This document shows positions 54,090-64,000 of a stretch of DNA of 64,000 bases, piece by piece. The notes below the pieces were generated by a model. That model did no database searches. It saw only the letters and a list, made by a program, of their open reading frames with translations, and was not told where the DNA came from. A program made the translations under genes and the position numbers. Each line of letters begins with the position of its first letter. The first letter of the stretch is position 1. The stretch comes from Cirrosporium novae-zelandiae (lineage: Eukaryota), in assembly GCA_026023565.1 (NCBI GenBank), contig JAPETS010000016.1, forward strand, positions 496,001 to 560,000. The letters run 5' to 3'.

Positions 54090-55085
54090 TTAGTACAATT
54101 TCCCCTCAATCAACCACTCTCTCACCCCCTCCGTAACCGATCTCTTCAAGGCCTCTTCATCCCCCTTTCGGCACGCCTCCCTAACCTTAGTGGAGCTAAC
54201 ACCCTCCCCCACCTCCGCCCCCTCCACAACCTCAATCCGTTTCACCCACTCCTTTCTACCTCCAACTCCCTCCAACTCCCCCCTCCCAAGCCGTCTCAGG
54301 AACTCCTCCTGCTCTTCTCTTATCCCCCACTTGTCCCCCGTCCTCAATGTTACCCGCACCCGATGCCGTTCCAAAAATGAATCCAGAGCTCTCAGCTTCA
54401 ATTCGGGGGAATAGTATTTGGGATCCAAGAGCCTGATCAGAGTGTCGTAGCCTGTCAGATGGACTTGTTCCGTGTTGGGGGCATAAATCCCACTTTCCTC
54501 GATCGCACGCGCCTTGTCATGGAAGAAAGGGAATTTGGTTAGGCCGATATCGATAGCTGGGACACCTTTGTCATCAATATTTTCTTCCTTCGTGTTTGCC
54601 TTCCCTTTGCTTCTCGCTTCCCGTATTAAAAGATTTCTTAAATCCTTCCCGAAAACTCCCATCATTCCCACCCTCTCCTCAAACGCGGCCGGTTGCGCCG
54701 CCTTATCTGCATTCTGTATCGCAAGTAAGAGTAATAATCTTTTTGGATTCTTTCCCTGGGTATCATCTCGGAGTGCAGACAGCGCCATGTGTAGGTGTGC
54801 GAGTGTAGGAGGGTTGAAGGACGAGTCAAGAATGTAGAGGGTACGTGGTGGAGGAGAGGAGGGAGATATGGTAGTTAGGATTTGGAAATTTTGACTTGGG
54901 TGGGATATGAATTGCGTTAGGAGAGTTCGGTAGGTTGGGAGGAGTGAAACACGAAGGTTGGACGAAGTGGGGGGCATTGCAGATATAATGTTGGTGGACA
55001 TTGTTTTGTTATTTGCGGGTTTTGGAGGGGTAGCTTTGGGGTATTCGTGGAATTCAAGTTCTTGAATTAATCCATCAATTGACAT
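54090..55085 (-). CDS. Pof1-like nicotinamide-nucleotide adenylyltransferase (cytidylyltransferase superfamily)
   Basis: LYILDSSFNPPTLAH (HxGH-like), LLLAIQNADK, GYDTLIRLLDPKYY, VSSTKVR. Start could be a downstream ATG. Confidence 0.85.
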   Translation of the reverse strand: MSIDGLIQELEFHEYPKATPPKPANNKTMSTNIISAMPPTSSNLRVSLLPTYRTLLTQFISHPSQNFQILTTISPSSPPPRTLYILDSSFNPPTLAHLHMALSALRDDTQGKNPKRLLLLLAIQNADKAAQPAAFEERVGMMGVFGKDLRNLLIREARSKGKANTKEENIDDKGVPAIDIGLTKFPFFHDKARAIEESGIYAPNTEQVHLTGYDTLIRLLDPKYYSPELKLRALDSFLERHRVRVTLRTGDKWGIREEQEEFLRRLGRGELEGVGGRKEWVKRIEVVEGAEVGEGVSSTKVREACRKGDEEALKRSVTEGVREWLIEGKLY

Positions 55086-55401
55086 ATATGTATCTCAGCC
55101 AAATCAATCAATGCCTTCTTTGGCTGTGAAACTGAACTAATTACTTAATATTTTTTTCATAAGCATTTGGAGCTGAACAAAACCCCAGGCCTAGTTATGT
55201 TTTTTGTTTGTTCTATATTTAAACCTAGGTATATCCAATTGATTCTGCTTTGACCCTAGAACTCAGGAGTTGTGTACTGGTGTATTTTTTTCCAACTCAT
55301 CATGTTTTTCCTTCTTCGTTATCTATTCGTACATTTTCATAATTATCTATTCCATCCTAAGAGCCATCGGCCCGTTCTTTGGCTTAGACATCTCATGATG
55401 T

Positions 55402-56367
55402 TTACCGTCCAGGAACTTGATTCAGCACGCCACCATCAACTATCCCGATGTTAGTATGTCCGGCGTAGTATTTCCCCTACATTGAATAGAGATGGGGAGA
55501 GGGAAAGGACTCACCAGCAATAATCTCCCCATTCACATACATATTCTTTGTCAAAAATAATACCGCTTGCGCCATCTCCTCATCACTGCCTCCCCTTTCT
55601 GCAGGCACATGCCCCTTACTCTTCACGTTCTCATCCGGCAAATGCGTCTTGTTCCCCTCATCGCTCTCCCCCATCGTCATCTCGCTCGGGAAGTACCCTG
55701 GTGCAATCGAATTTACTCTCACGCGCGCCTTCTCGAATTCTTTAGACATTAGCCGGGATAACTGGATGGTGGCGCCTTTGGCTGCATTGTACGAGAAGTG
55801 GCCCTGAGACTCGCGCATTATGCCAGACATACTGGAGATGACGATGACAGATGCAGAAAGGCAACCATGTGAATCCGATCCGGCTTGTAACAGAGGCAAG
55901 AACGCAACAGTAGTAAAGTACACGGATGAAACATTAGTGTTCCAGACATCAGCCCAAGCCTCAAAGGTTTCAGATTCCCAGAGTTTCGATTTCAAGGACG
56001 AAGCATGTGCAGTGTCTGGGGAGGCTTTGGGACCAGAGATACCTGCATTAGTGATAAGGAGGTTGAGATATTTTTCCTTTTTAGAGAGGTCGTCGAACAG
56101 CTTTTCAAGGTCAATTTTCTTGGTCACGTCGCAGGGACCGATGGGAATGATTTGACCTTCGTCGGAGGGGCTGTGAGTTTTGGCTGCATTTTCGAGAACT
56201 TCCCAGCGGCGACCAGTGATGTAGACTTTGGCGCCGTTAGCAGCCAGTGCCTGAGAAGCCATTAACCCAATCCCCGTACCGCCGCCAGTGACAAGGCAGA
56301 CATAGTTTTTCACGGAGAAAAGACGTGAGGCGCGCATAGCGTCGGTGGAGACTTTCATTTCTGGCAT
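55402..56367 (-). CDS. Short-chain dehydrogenase/reductase
   Basis: TGGGTGIG, TNAG, S...YNAAK, RVNSIAPG; intron 55514-55440 restores the GEIIAVDGG C-terminus. Confidence 0.93.
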
Positions 56368-56830
56368 CTTGAAAGTTGTTTAGCCAAAAAGCTTAAGAAC
56401 TTTGTGGAGATGAGATTAAGAGCTGTGAAGAGATGAGATGAAGAGGCTGTTCTTTCAATTGAAGATATAGCATTAGCTATGGGTTGGATTGAACTAGAGG
56501 TTTAATACGAAAGTATTTACACAATAGAAAGGATTATTGAAGTTATGGTTGGTTAATCTTCACATCATTTCGCATCATAGATCTACACCCTCTTACGTCA
56601 CTATGAGGCATGTGGATATTATTTTGTCAATTGTGCTACGCTGTTAATTACTCCTGTCACTTCATCAAGCTCCCTTCAGGACAATTAGACAATAATGTAC
56701 CTGTAAGAACTTATCCAAGGATACACAACATATTTGGTTCAATGTAATTTTTTTTATTTCGGTTCCTACTAAGGGTGTTACGGACCCACGAGTGTTCCAT
56801 TGAAGCACTTCTTCATACCCGACTTCTCAG

Positions 56831-57889
56831 TCATTTCGATTGATACCTCTCCCCCGTTCCCCTCTTGACAGCTTCTCTAGCCTTGATTCGATCAATCCAC
56901 TTCAATACATGGGGAAATTCAGCCATCTCCTCTTTTGTGAATCCCGAAAATTCCCACTTGGAAACCCATGGCCAAGTTCCAATGTCTGCAATACTATATT
57001 TTCCTTTGCCTTTCCCGGCAAGGTACTCACGAGGTTCAGGCTCTGGTGGATATTTTCCGCTTAGGTGAAGTTCTAGAACACCATATACACGGAGGGTTTC
57101 ATTGTGGAAGCGGGTTATGGCATCTGTTATCCTTACGTTAGCACATTAATAATATAGCAGTGTTTGCAATTTACAGACATGGTATTTTCTCCTGAGCAAA
57201 CCTGCCGAAATGACTGGCCTGTCCTTGATATGGTGCCCCACTACCATGCCAGAAGAACAGCCATTGCAATGCTTGACTTCTCTCCAAGTCATCTTTGAAT
57301 CCCAGTTTGTCGTCCTTGTCGTATGCCTTGAGAAGGTAGAGAAGTTCGGCGGACGTTTCCATCACCGGGAAAGGTGGAGATTGGTTATTGTCAACAATAA
57401 CAGGGATGCGACCATTGGGATTTAGGCGAAGGAACCAGTCTTTCTTTTGTTCATTGGTAGAGATGTTTCTAAGGAACTAATCAGTTTGGATGGCTCAATT
57501 GGAAAGCTGGAAGTTAATGTATATGCTTACATCAAGGTCTCAGTCCAACTGATACCGTAAAGATCGGCCAGCTCCTCAAGCATGATCTGAATTTTCTGGC
57601 CATTAGGTGTGCTTTGAGTGATGAGGTGAAGGCCCTATCCAGTTGATGTCAATTCATAGCCTAGAGCGTTGAGGATGGTTGGAATAGGTAGCAGGTGGAT
57701 TACCTTTGCATTCTTCACAGAAGCAGGCGTCTCATTGGTATAAAGCTGGTGAGCCATGTTGGATGTTGGAGGAAAGATTGATCTCAAACTAATATTTCTT
57801 CTTCCCAAGCTTTGTATAGGGGGTTGTAAATGATATAAAATTGAAACTGTCCGTTTTAAAGGTCTGAAAGAATGAAGGAATAATGACAT
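56831..57889 (-). CDS. Glutathione S-transferase (Ure2/GstA-like)
   Basis: Spliced: GLHLITQSTPNGQKIQIMLEEL...WFLRLNPNGRIP...METSA...QWLFF...YSIADIGTWPW; three GT-AG introns; ATG 57757 or in-frame upstream ATG 57889. Confidence 0.92.
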
Positions 57890-58238
57890 GGGGGGCCAGT
57901 GGGATCATATATATACAAATACAAAAGATACTTGATTACCTATTGCAGGATTAATAATCGGGGTTAATTGATGCAGCTATTACGCCGTTACCCCTCCACT
58001 TGTTGTAATAAACCTTGAGAAATTGTGCCATTGTTTTGGTGGGTTTGAACGGAAATAAAGAGGACTTTGTTGTTCCGTCTTCATTATTAATAATGCAGGA
58101 TCCAAAAATGAATTACTCGACGACATTCGGGGTAACAAGGTAAGGTAGAAGTCCGAGATCTACAAGGCACGCACTGGAGTAAGGAGCTTGGACCATTTCT
58201 TAGCTATTTTTAGTAAACTTTCAATTTGTCATTTCCTT

Positions 58239-60125
58239 TCAGCCTAAGGCCTTCAACACCTTCATATTTTCCATAATTTCCATATTCCCATCTTCCCTCG
58301 CATAATCCTCAGATCCCTCTTCTCCTTTGAACAAGACCCTCCTCAATCCACCCAGAATCATTGCCACCACATTCACAGTGGGCTTATCATCCTGCTCACG
58401 TTTCTTAAACACAAATTCCTCCAACGGATAACCTCCATACATCAAAACATCTACATCAGTAACACAAAAGTCTGCAAAAATCTTAGGTTGATCTTCCCAA
58501 TTCTTCTTTTGAATAGTAACAACTCGCCATGTTTCTTCATAATCTAGTTTATCGCCATCTCGTACAATGCCTGTAGGAAGTAGACGTGCTTCCCACTTGC
58601 TCAAATCTTTTGGCATGCCCTTCAAACCTCCGTAGACAGTCAAAAAATCCGTCCCATTAGATATCCATTCGTCAATCTTTAGTCCTGGTCCCATGTTGTC
58701 TACTGAAATTTTAACATGCCAATTCGGGTTGAGTGGTTTGAAGAAATCAACCAGAGCTCCGTACCATCCCGCGTAATTGCTTCGAACATCTGCTCGCACA
58801 ATTTCTTCTACTGCTGGAATAAGTGTCGCTATCAAGTTCTCCCGTAAATCATTTATCGCCCCTCCTGCTTCTTCGTCTGGCGATGCCACGAGAATAGTAA
58901 GGCCTAGTCCAAACTCGAGAACTAGAGCAATGGTAGATCGATAGCCGTTTAACGAGCCTCCTTTGGTAATAATATCGACCGCCCTTCCGTCACGTGTAAG
59001 TTTTGTAGTGCGGAACATTTCCCAGGGCATTCCAGTTGAGGATTCTGTTCCCGATATTGTCCACGAGTGTGGTTTCATCCAAGCATTCGTAGTCGCCTGA
59101 GGAAGAAGGGTGGAAGATAGAATAGAACGAAGATATTTGGATAGGTCGTTTGCACTGCTATAAATGCCTCCAGTTCTATAGAAATTAGTTAGAATCATGT
59201 AAGCGGTCTGTCGTTATCTACTTCGAGAGACATACGAAGCATCAACACCCAAGTCTCTGTACCAATCATTTGAACCGATAGGAATGTTCCCGACAGAGTC
59301 ATCTGGTTTAGTTATAGTGGTATTTTCCATTCCTAAAGGCGTAAGGATAGAGGAGGTGACAATCTCAGGGAATGTCTGGCCTGTGGCATTCTCAAGTGCT
59401 AATCCAAGAAGTACAAAGGCTACATTCGAATAAGTAGAACGCTCATTAGTAGCAAAAACGCGAGGGCGATTTTTAGCTGTCTCTATAACATCTTCTGCAG
59501 TGCAAGCTCGATCTGAAGAATTTTTTTGACAGGGAGGAAGCTCTTGGTCAAACAGAGGTGGGAATCCAGAAGCCAAAGGATCTGCAAGCAGACTTTTATC
59601 TGATGATAGATCCTCTTGACCAGTCTCTCGGGAAATACCACTCAGCTGGCTAGCAAGTGACCAGATAGTAATCTGGTTCCATTCTGGATAGTATGGAAAG
59701 GGATTCTTCTCCTCTGCCAGATCTGGTAGGTATTTCGTAATTGGGTCATCTAGATGGATTCCATTTTGGAGTAATATTGAGTATACCGTGAAGGTCTTTG
59801 AAATGCTTGCAATGCGAAATACCGTATCACCGGTTACGGCAAGAGGGTCTGAACGGCCTTGAATAGGAGCAGTGTGATAAAAGCTCCATAAAGATTCTTT
59901 AGCCGAGGCCAATTGTATAGAAAATGATGTTGTGCTCCTATTCCAGGCTTCGGAAGAAGAAAGAATATCGTTGACAGCCTTATCGAGCTTATCTGTGACC
60001 GTTTCAATGGATGGATAACGAGCGCTGAGATTTGGCACCGGAAATGCTGGACCTGGTGTATAGCATTTGCCACATGCACTTGCTGCAAAGGTAGCCAACA
60101 AAAATATAAATTCTAATAGCGGCAT
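58239..60125 (-). CDS. Secreted beta-lactamase/D-peptidase-family serine hydrolase
   Basis: Signal-peptide-like MPLLEFIFLLATFAASACG; FRIASISK (SxxK), YSN, TGGIYSSANDL, TKGG; intron 59235-59176 joins the two ORFs. Confidence 0.9.
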
Positions 60126-60730
60126 GTTCGCGTGTTGTCGAACGCTTTCAATGAGGAGGTTGTAAATAATTGAAAAATCCAACTGTTTCGCTTAAATGTA
60201 TTCAACCACCCTCGAAGATTTGCATTTTGTGCCTATGATAAGAGAGGGCCGAAGCACTGCACATAAAAGAAAAACTGAAGCTAGGGACTTCTGTCGAAAG
60301 TGTTTTGAAAAAAATTAGATTTACAAACTGAAGCTCAATGGCGACTTTCCTCTAAGTATGTTAAAAAATATTTTGAAATGTAACCGCATGGTTGGTTGGT
60401 TTTCTTCAATATTTACGTTCCAAAATTTAGGGAGGCCTTTACGTAAAATGACAATTGATGATCCCGAGCTTACTAGGGCCAACTTATCTAGGATTGTTGG
60501 TTCATCAACATTCTTAAGAACATTGGGCTTTTTTAGGATAATCGAATTTTGTATTATACTATTCTATATCTCACAAGCCTTAGCAATATAGAGCTCATCA
60601 CTTGTCCTTCCATCCATATAGACCGCACGCCTTTGTACAAGTGCTTAGTTCAAGAACGCCCATTGACACTTTATCCCATGCCAAATACCTCAACGCCATC
60701 ATCCATCATCATCATACAAACATTCCCACC

Positions 60731-62941
60731 TCACTTCTTCACTCTTCTACCTCCCTTTCCCTTTCCGACCTTACCAGAAGCACCAGTAAACTTCACCTTA
60801 TTCCTATCTTGAACCCCTTCAACAACAGTGCCAGCCCTCTTTCGCTTCGGGCCTGCTCTTCCTTTCTTCTTCTCATCAACTGGTTCCTTGGCCTCACCAT
60901 CCTCCTCTACTTCAATTTCAATGTTTTCGTCGTCTGCCTTGGAGCTCGTTGTAACAGATTCCTGGTCCGCCTCTTCCTCCTCGGCTTCATCTTCTCCATC
61001 GTCTGTTGTAAGGCTCGGTGCTGGATTTGACTCATTTGTAGGGCTTAGATCCCCGATCCCATTATGAGCAGCATCATTGGTCTGGGTGGAGTTACCTCGT
61101 GTCTGTAAAATTGAATTTTGTTGATTTGCATATGGAGAGGAGTAAGGTTGTCGTGATTTCTGAAGGTAGTGAGGTTTGGTCGTAGTATTTGGCTGCCTCG
61201 ACTGACCTTTGCTACTTGATGGACGGGGTGCCGTACGTGCACCTTGGTTTGTAGGTGCGTTGTTGGTTGCTGTCCCACCTGCCGGGTTGGGACCAGAGCT
61301 GCTGACTGGGCGGCGCATTTGGTTAGATGGTTTATCCCGGTTGAGCCTATTACTTATCCCACGAGTCTTGCCCTCACTGCCCTCTGTAGATTCGGTTTCA
61401 TCTTCATCTGCAGAACTTTCTTCAAACACAACTGGCTGGGTAATTTCATCAACGAGTGATTTGAGATCGATTCCAGACCCTTTAAGTTTCATCATTTCTG
61501 ATAGGTGCGGAGTCTTTTCTGACGGAATAAAAGAAGGATTGAGGGGAGCTCGCATTGAAGAACGACGCCATTCTCCTCTCACTAGAGTTGGGGTTGAGGT
61601 TAAGCTCCTTTTGAGGGATTCCGGCATGTTTTGATGAGCCGAATTTGATCGTTTTCTTTTCTTGATGGTAGCTAAAGAGTTTTCTGGGTCTTTAAGTAAA
61701 TGAGCACTTCGAATGAGGGGGTTGATAAGGGAAGCTCCGGTGGTGTTGTTGACTGGAGCAGGTGCGGATGGAGGTTCGTGAGTACCAATAGGTTGGCCAG
61801 ATTCATCGACCGGAATTGGATGGCCACAATTTTGTGCTGCAACTTCATGGGTGGCATAACTCCGAGCGTGAGCTATTCGACAGTGGTTGATAAAGCCTTG
61901 AGCACTACTAAAGTCTCCTCTTCCACAGTCAACACATACAAGCTTCACCCATACATTGTCGCTTTGTCGCTTAAGAATTGTGGGGCCTGTCTTATCTTTT
62001 GGATTCGCATAACCGCTTGGTAGAGCTTGAAGAGATTGAGAAGCTGACCCACGCTGACTTCGCTTACTTGCTGTAGATGTCGCATCCACAAAACTTCCTC
62101 GAGTGCTTCTACTCTTGGCTGGTGCTTTGCCTCCCATTTTGGGGGAAATCGGGTCATCAATAGCAGATGTGCCGTCGAATCTGGAGTCTGGGAGAAGCCA
62201 ACGAGCGTAATGTCTGGTATATGGACCATCAGCTACGCCTCTTGGAGCTGGTAGTTGTGGTTGATTTCCGGAAGTTTTTGCTACAGAGGGTCCAATACCA
62301 GTCATCACATTCACCACGTCATGTGCCGTACCTGTTATCGCTGGGTAAGGAATCTCACGACATCGTCGCAACTGCTCAAGAGCAACCTGACATTTTGCAA
62401 TTTCTTGGTCGATTAATCGCAGTTCGTTGTGTTTTTCAAGCATGTCATAATTAATGTGCGATAAAAGGCTATCTTTGATTTCATCTGGATCTCTCTGAGC
62501 CAGGGCTTCACGTGCTCGTACAAGGAAATCATTAAACTGCCCGGCTCTACTGTTGTCTAGAGGAGCCATTCTATCTGCGATGTCGCTTTCGTTTGCCGAA
62601 GAAGGCGGTCGAGCGCTTTGTTCACGTTTAACGGAGGATGTCTGTTCATCTTCCTGCTGTTTTATTGTCTTGTTGCGTTTCATTTGGGAGGTAGCGGTCG
62701 AAATCGAGGGTTGCGACTGACCGGCTTCGGGAATTTGTCGTTTGCTAGGTATGCGCACTTCGAGTGAATCTCCGCCTTCGGTTCTCTTACGTTTTAGCAT
62801 AGTTAAGTTCTTTAAAACAGGTATCTCTACTACTGGAGATCTTTGCTGTTTGGCCGCAAATATATTGTCCTCCTCCACCTTATTTCCCCTAAAACTGTGC
62901 ATCCAGGATTGCAACATGCCATGCGACTGTGCGAGGCTCAT
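60731..62941 (-). CDS. Ahc1-like protein (ADA histone acetyltransferase complex component) with C2H2-type finger
   Basis: LEKHNELRLIDQEIAKCQVALEQLRRC and VKLVCVDCGRGDFSSAQGFINHCRIAH; start may be MLQSW (62917). Confidence 0.75.
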   Translation of the reverse strand: MSLAQSHGMLQSWMHSFRGNKVEEDNIFAAKQQRSPVVEIPVLKNLTMLKRKRTEGGDSLEVRIPSKRQIPEAGQSQPSISTATSQMKRNKTIKQQEDEQTSSVKREQSARPPSSANESDIADRMAPLDNSRAGQFNDFLVRAREALAQRDPDEIKDSLLSHINYDMLEKHNELRLIDQEIAKCQVALEQLRRCREIPYPAITGTAHDVVNVMTGIGPSVAKTSGNQPQLPAPRGVADGPYTRHYARWLLPDSRFDGTSAIDDPISPKMGGKAPAKSRSTRGSFVDATSTASKRSQRGSASQSLQALPSGYANPKDKTGPTILKRQSDNVWVKLVCVDCGRGDFSSAQGFINHCRIAHARSYATHEVAAQNCGHPIPVDESGQPIGTHEPPSAPAPVNNTTGASLINPLIRSAHLLKDPENSLATIKKRKRSNSAHQNMPESLKRSLTSTPTLVRGEWRRSSMRAPLNPSFIPSEKTPHLSEMMKLKGSGIDLKSLVDEITQPVVFEESSADEDETESTEGSEGKTRGISNRLNRDKPSNQMRRPVSSSGPNPAGGTATNNAPTNQGARTAPRPSSSKGQSRQPNTTTKPHYLQKSRQPYSSPYANQQNSILQTRGNSTQTNDAAHNGIGDLSPTNESNPAPSLTTDDGEDEAEEEEADQESVTTSSKADDENIEIEVEEDGEAKEPVDEKKKGRAGPKRKRAGTVVEGVQDRNKVKFTGASGKVGKGKGGRRVKK

Positions 62942-64000
62942 CTGATATCAACCACATCTATCGTTGCTCGAATTGCGCTACAAGGTTTGTCGCATTAGCC
63001 GTGGCGTGGTTATGAGCTCCCAATACTAGAACAAAGAATTAAAATGGATGTATTGGGACATGTGTCGCCATCAGAGGGTGATTATAATGGCGAAACGGAA
63101 ATCCGAACTCGGTGGTGAATATGGTCGAGGAGAAAGGATTCTTTACAAGAATCAGGAATGCGACGTGGAAGGAATGGGGGGATGCAGAGCCTCGGAGGAT
63201 AGCTCTGCCTAGCGAGGGTGCGGGATGAGCAGATAAGCTCCGATATCGAAGTACAAGGGATGACCGAGGGCATAGAATACCCTACAGACATGTATTTTAG
63301 CCTGAGAGAATTTACAGGTGGTTTGCAGAGGGCGTTGTTGAGGTTGAGGAGGGAGATAGTAGGTAGAGTAATGCAGTATGGAGATAGTCTGACGTTTCGA
63401 GAGGGCCGTTTGACAGCGCGGACCCCCGGACGTAGGAACTGGAATGATGGAACGACAACGACACAGGGAACGAGGCTATGTAGTCTAATGTGAACTAAAA
63501 GGCCGAAGCGAGACCATTTGATACTAGAGAGGTTTTAGGGGCAGCCTTAGCAGATTAAGAGGAATTCTTTCTCTCCTCTCTCGGGAAACGGAAAAGGTGT
63601 CCGACACACTTTTTTCTAAGGCTTGTAGTTGCTACTAAGGACCGTAGTGGGGGCTAGGTAAGGTTTGGTAGGCCGGTAGACCTGGTAGACCTAATGAACC
63701 TGGTAAACATAGTAGGCTGGGCCAAAGAAGGTCTTTCCAAGACTTTTCCTTATTCGGAGGCACGGGAAGAATTCCAAATTATTAGTTGCCTCAGGCAGGA
63801 AATTCTTAAAAAGGGAAAAGAGTAAAGAGACAGACCATGACTAAATGTACTGTACAAATGTACTTTGTTGGGGGGATGAGTGAAGGGGGGTTATAGGCTT
63901 GCAGATGTGGCTTGGCTCAAACAGGGGGGCGGCAGTATTAGCAATTCGGAGGAGGTACGAGAGGTACTGTACAGTACAATACGAAAGGTGCAAGAGAAAG

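Noticed and set aside
60602..62454. Antisense and alternate-frame ORFs over the Ahc1-like gene (and similarly over other long genes)
   Set aside because: Shadow ORFs with no independent motifs.

Overview
Eukaryotic genomic DNA from a filamentous ascomycete (Pezizomycotina-like): genes have GT-AG introns with CTRAY branch points and are separated by long AT-rich, microsatellite-rich spacers. About 16 genes are supportable: a Zn2Cys6 TF running off the left edge, an F-box-like orphan, an AROM-C-terminus-derived protein (QutR/GaaX-like architecture), an aldo-keto reductase broken by two TAG codons at conserved Trp sites, an Hv1 proton channel, pab2, rsp5/hulA, an Ssp1/Sak1 kinase, a second Zn2Cys6 TF, a DHA1 MFS pump, a Cys/His-repeat orphan, a Pof1-like NMNAT, an SDR, a GST, a secreted beta-lactamase-family hydrolase and an Ahc1-like protein. 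Most interesting: (1) a possible activator/AROM-derived sensor-repressor module whose dehydroquinase site looks intact while its kinase and dehydrogenase domains look dead; (2) a GC-rich TF + efflux pump island (about 42.3-48.2 kb) set among transposon relics, containing a solo LTR and a D-arm-less tRNA-like/B-box element; (3) the TAG-interrupted AKR (RIP versus A-to-I stop correction); (4) an orphan with three H-x3-C-x-C-x2-C repeats. All calls are from reading motifs by eye; no searches were run and exon boundaries are manual predictions.
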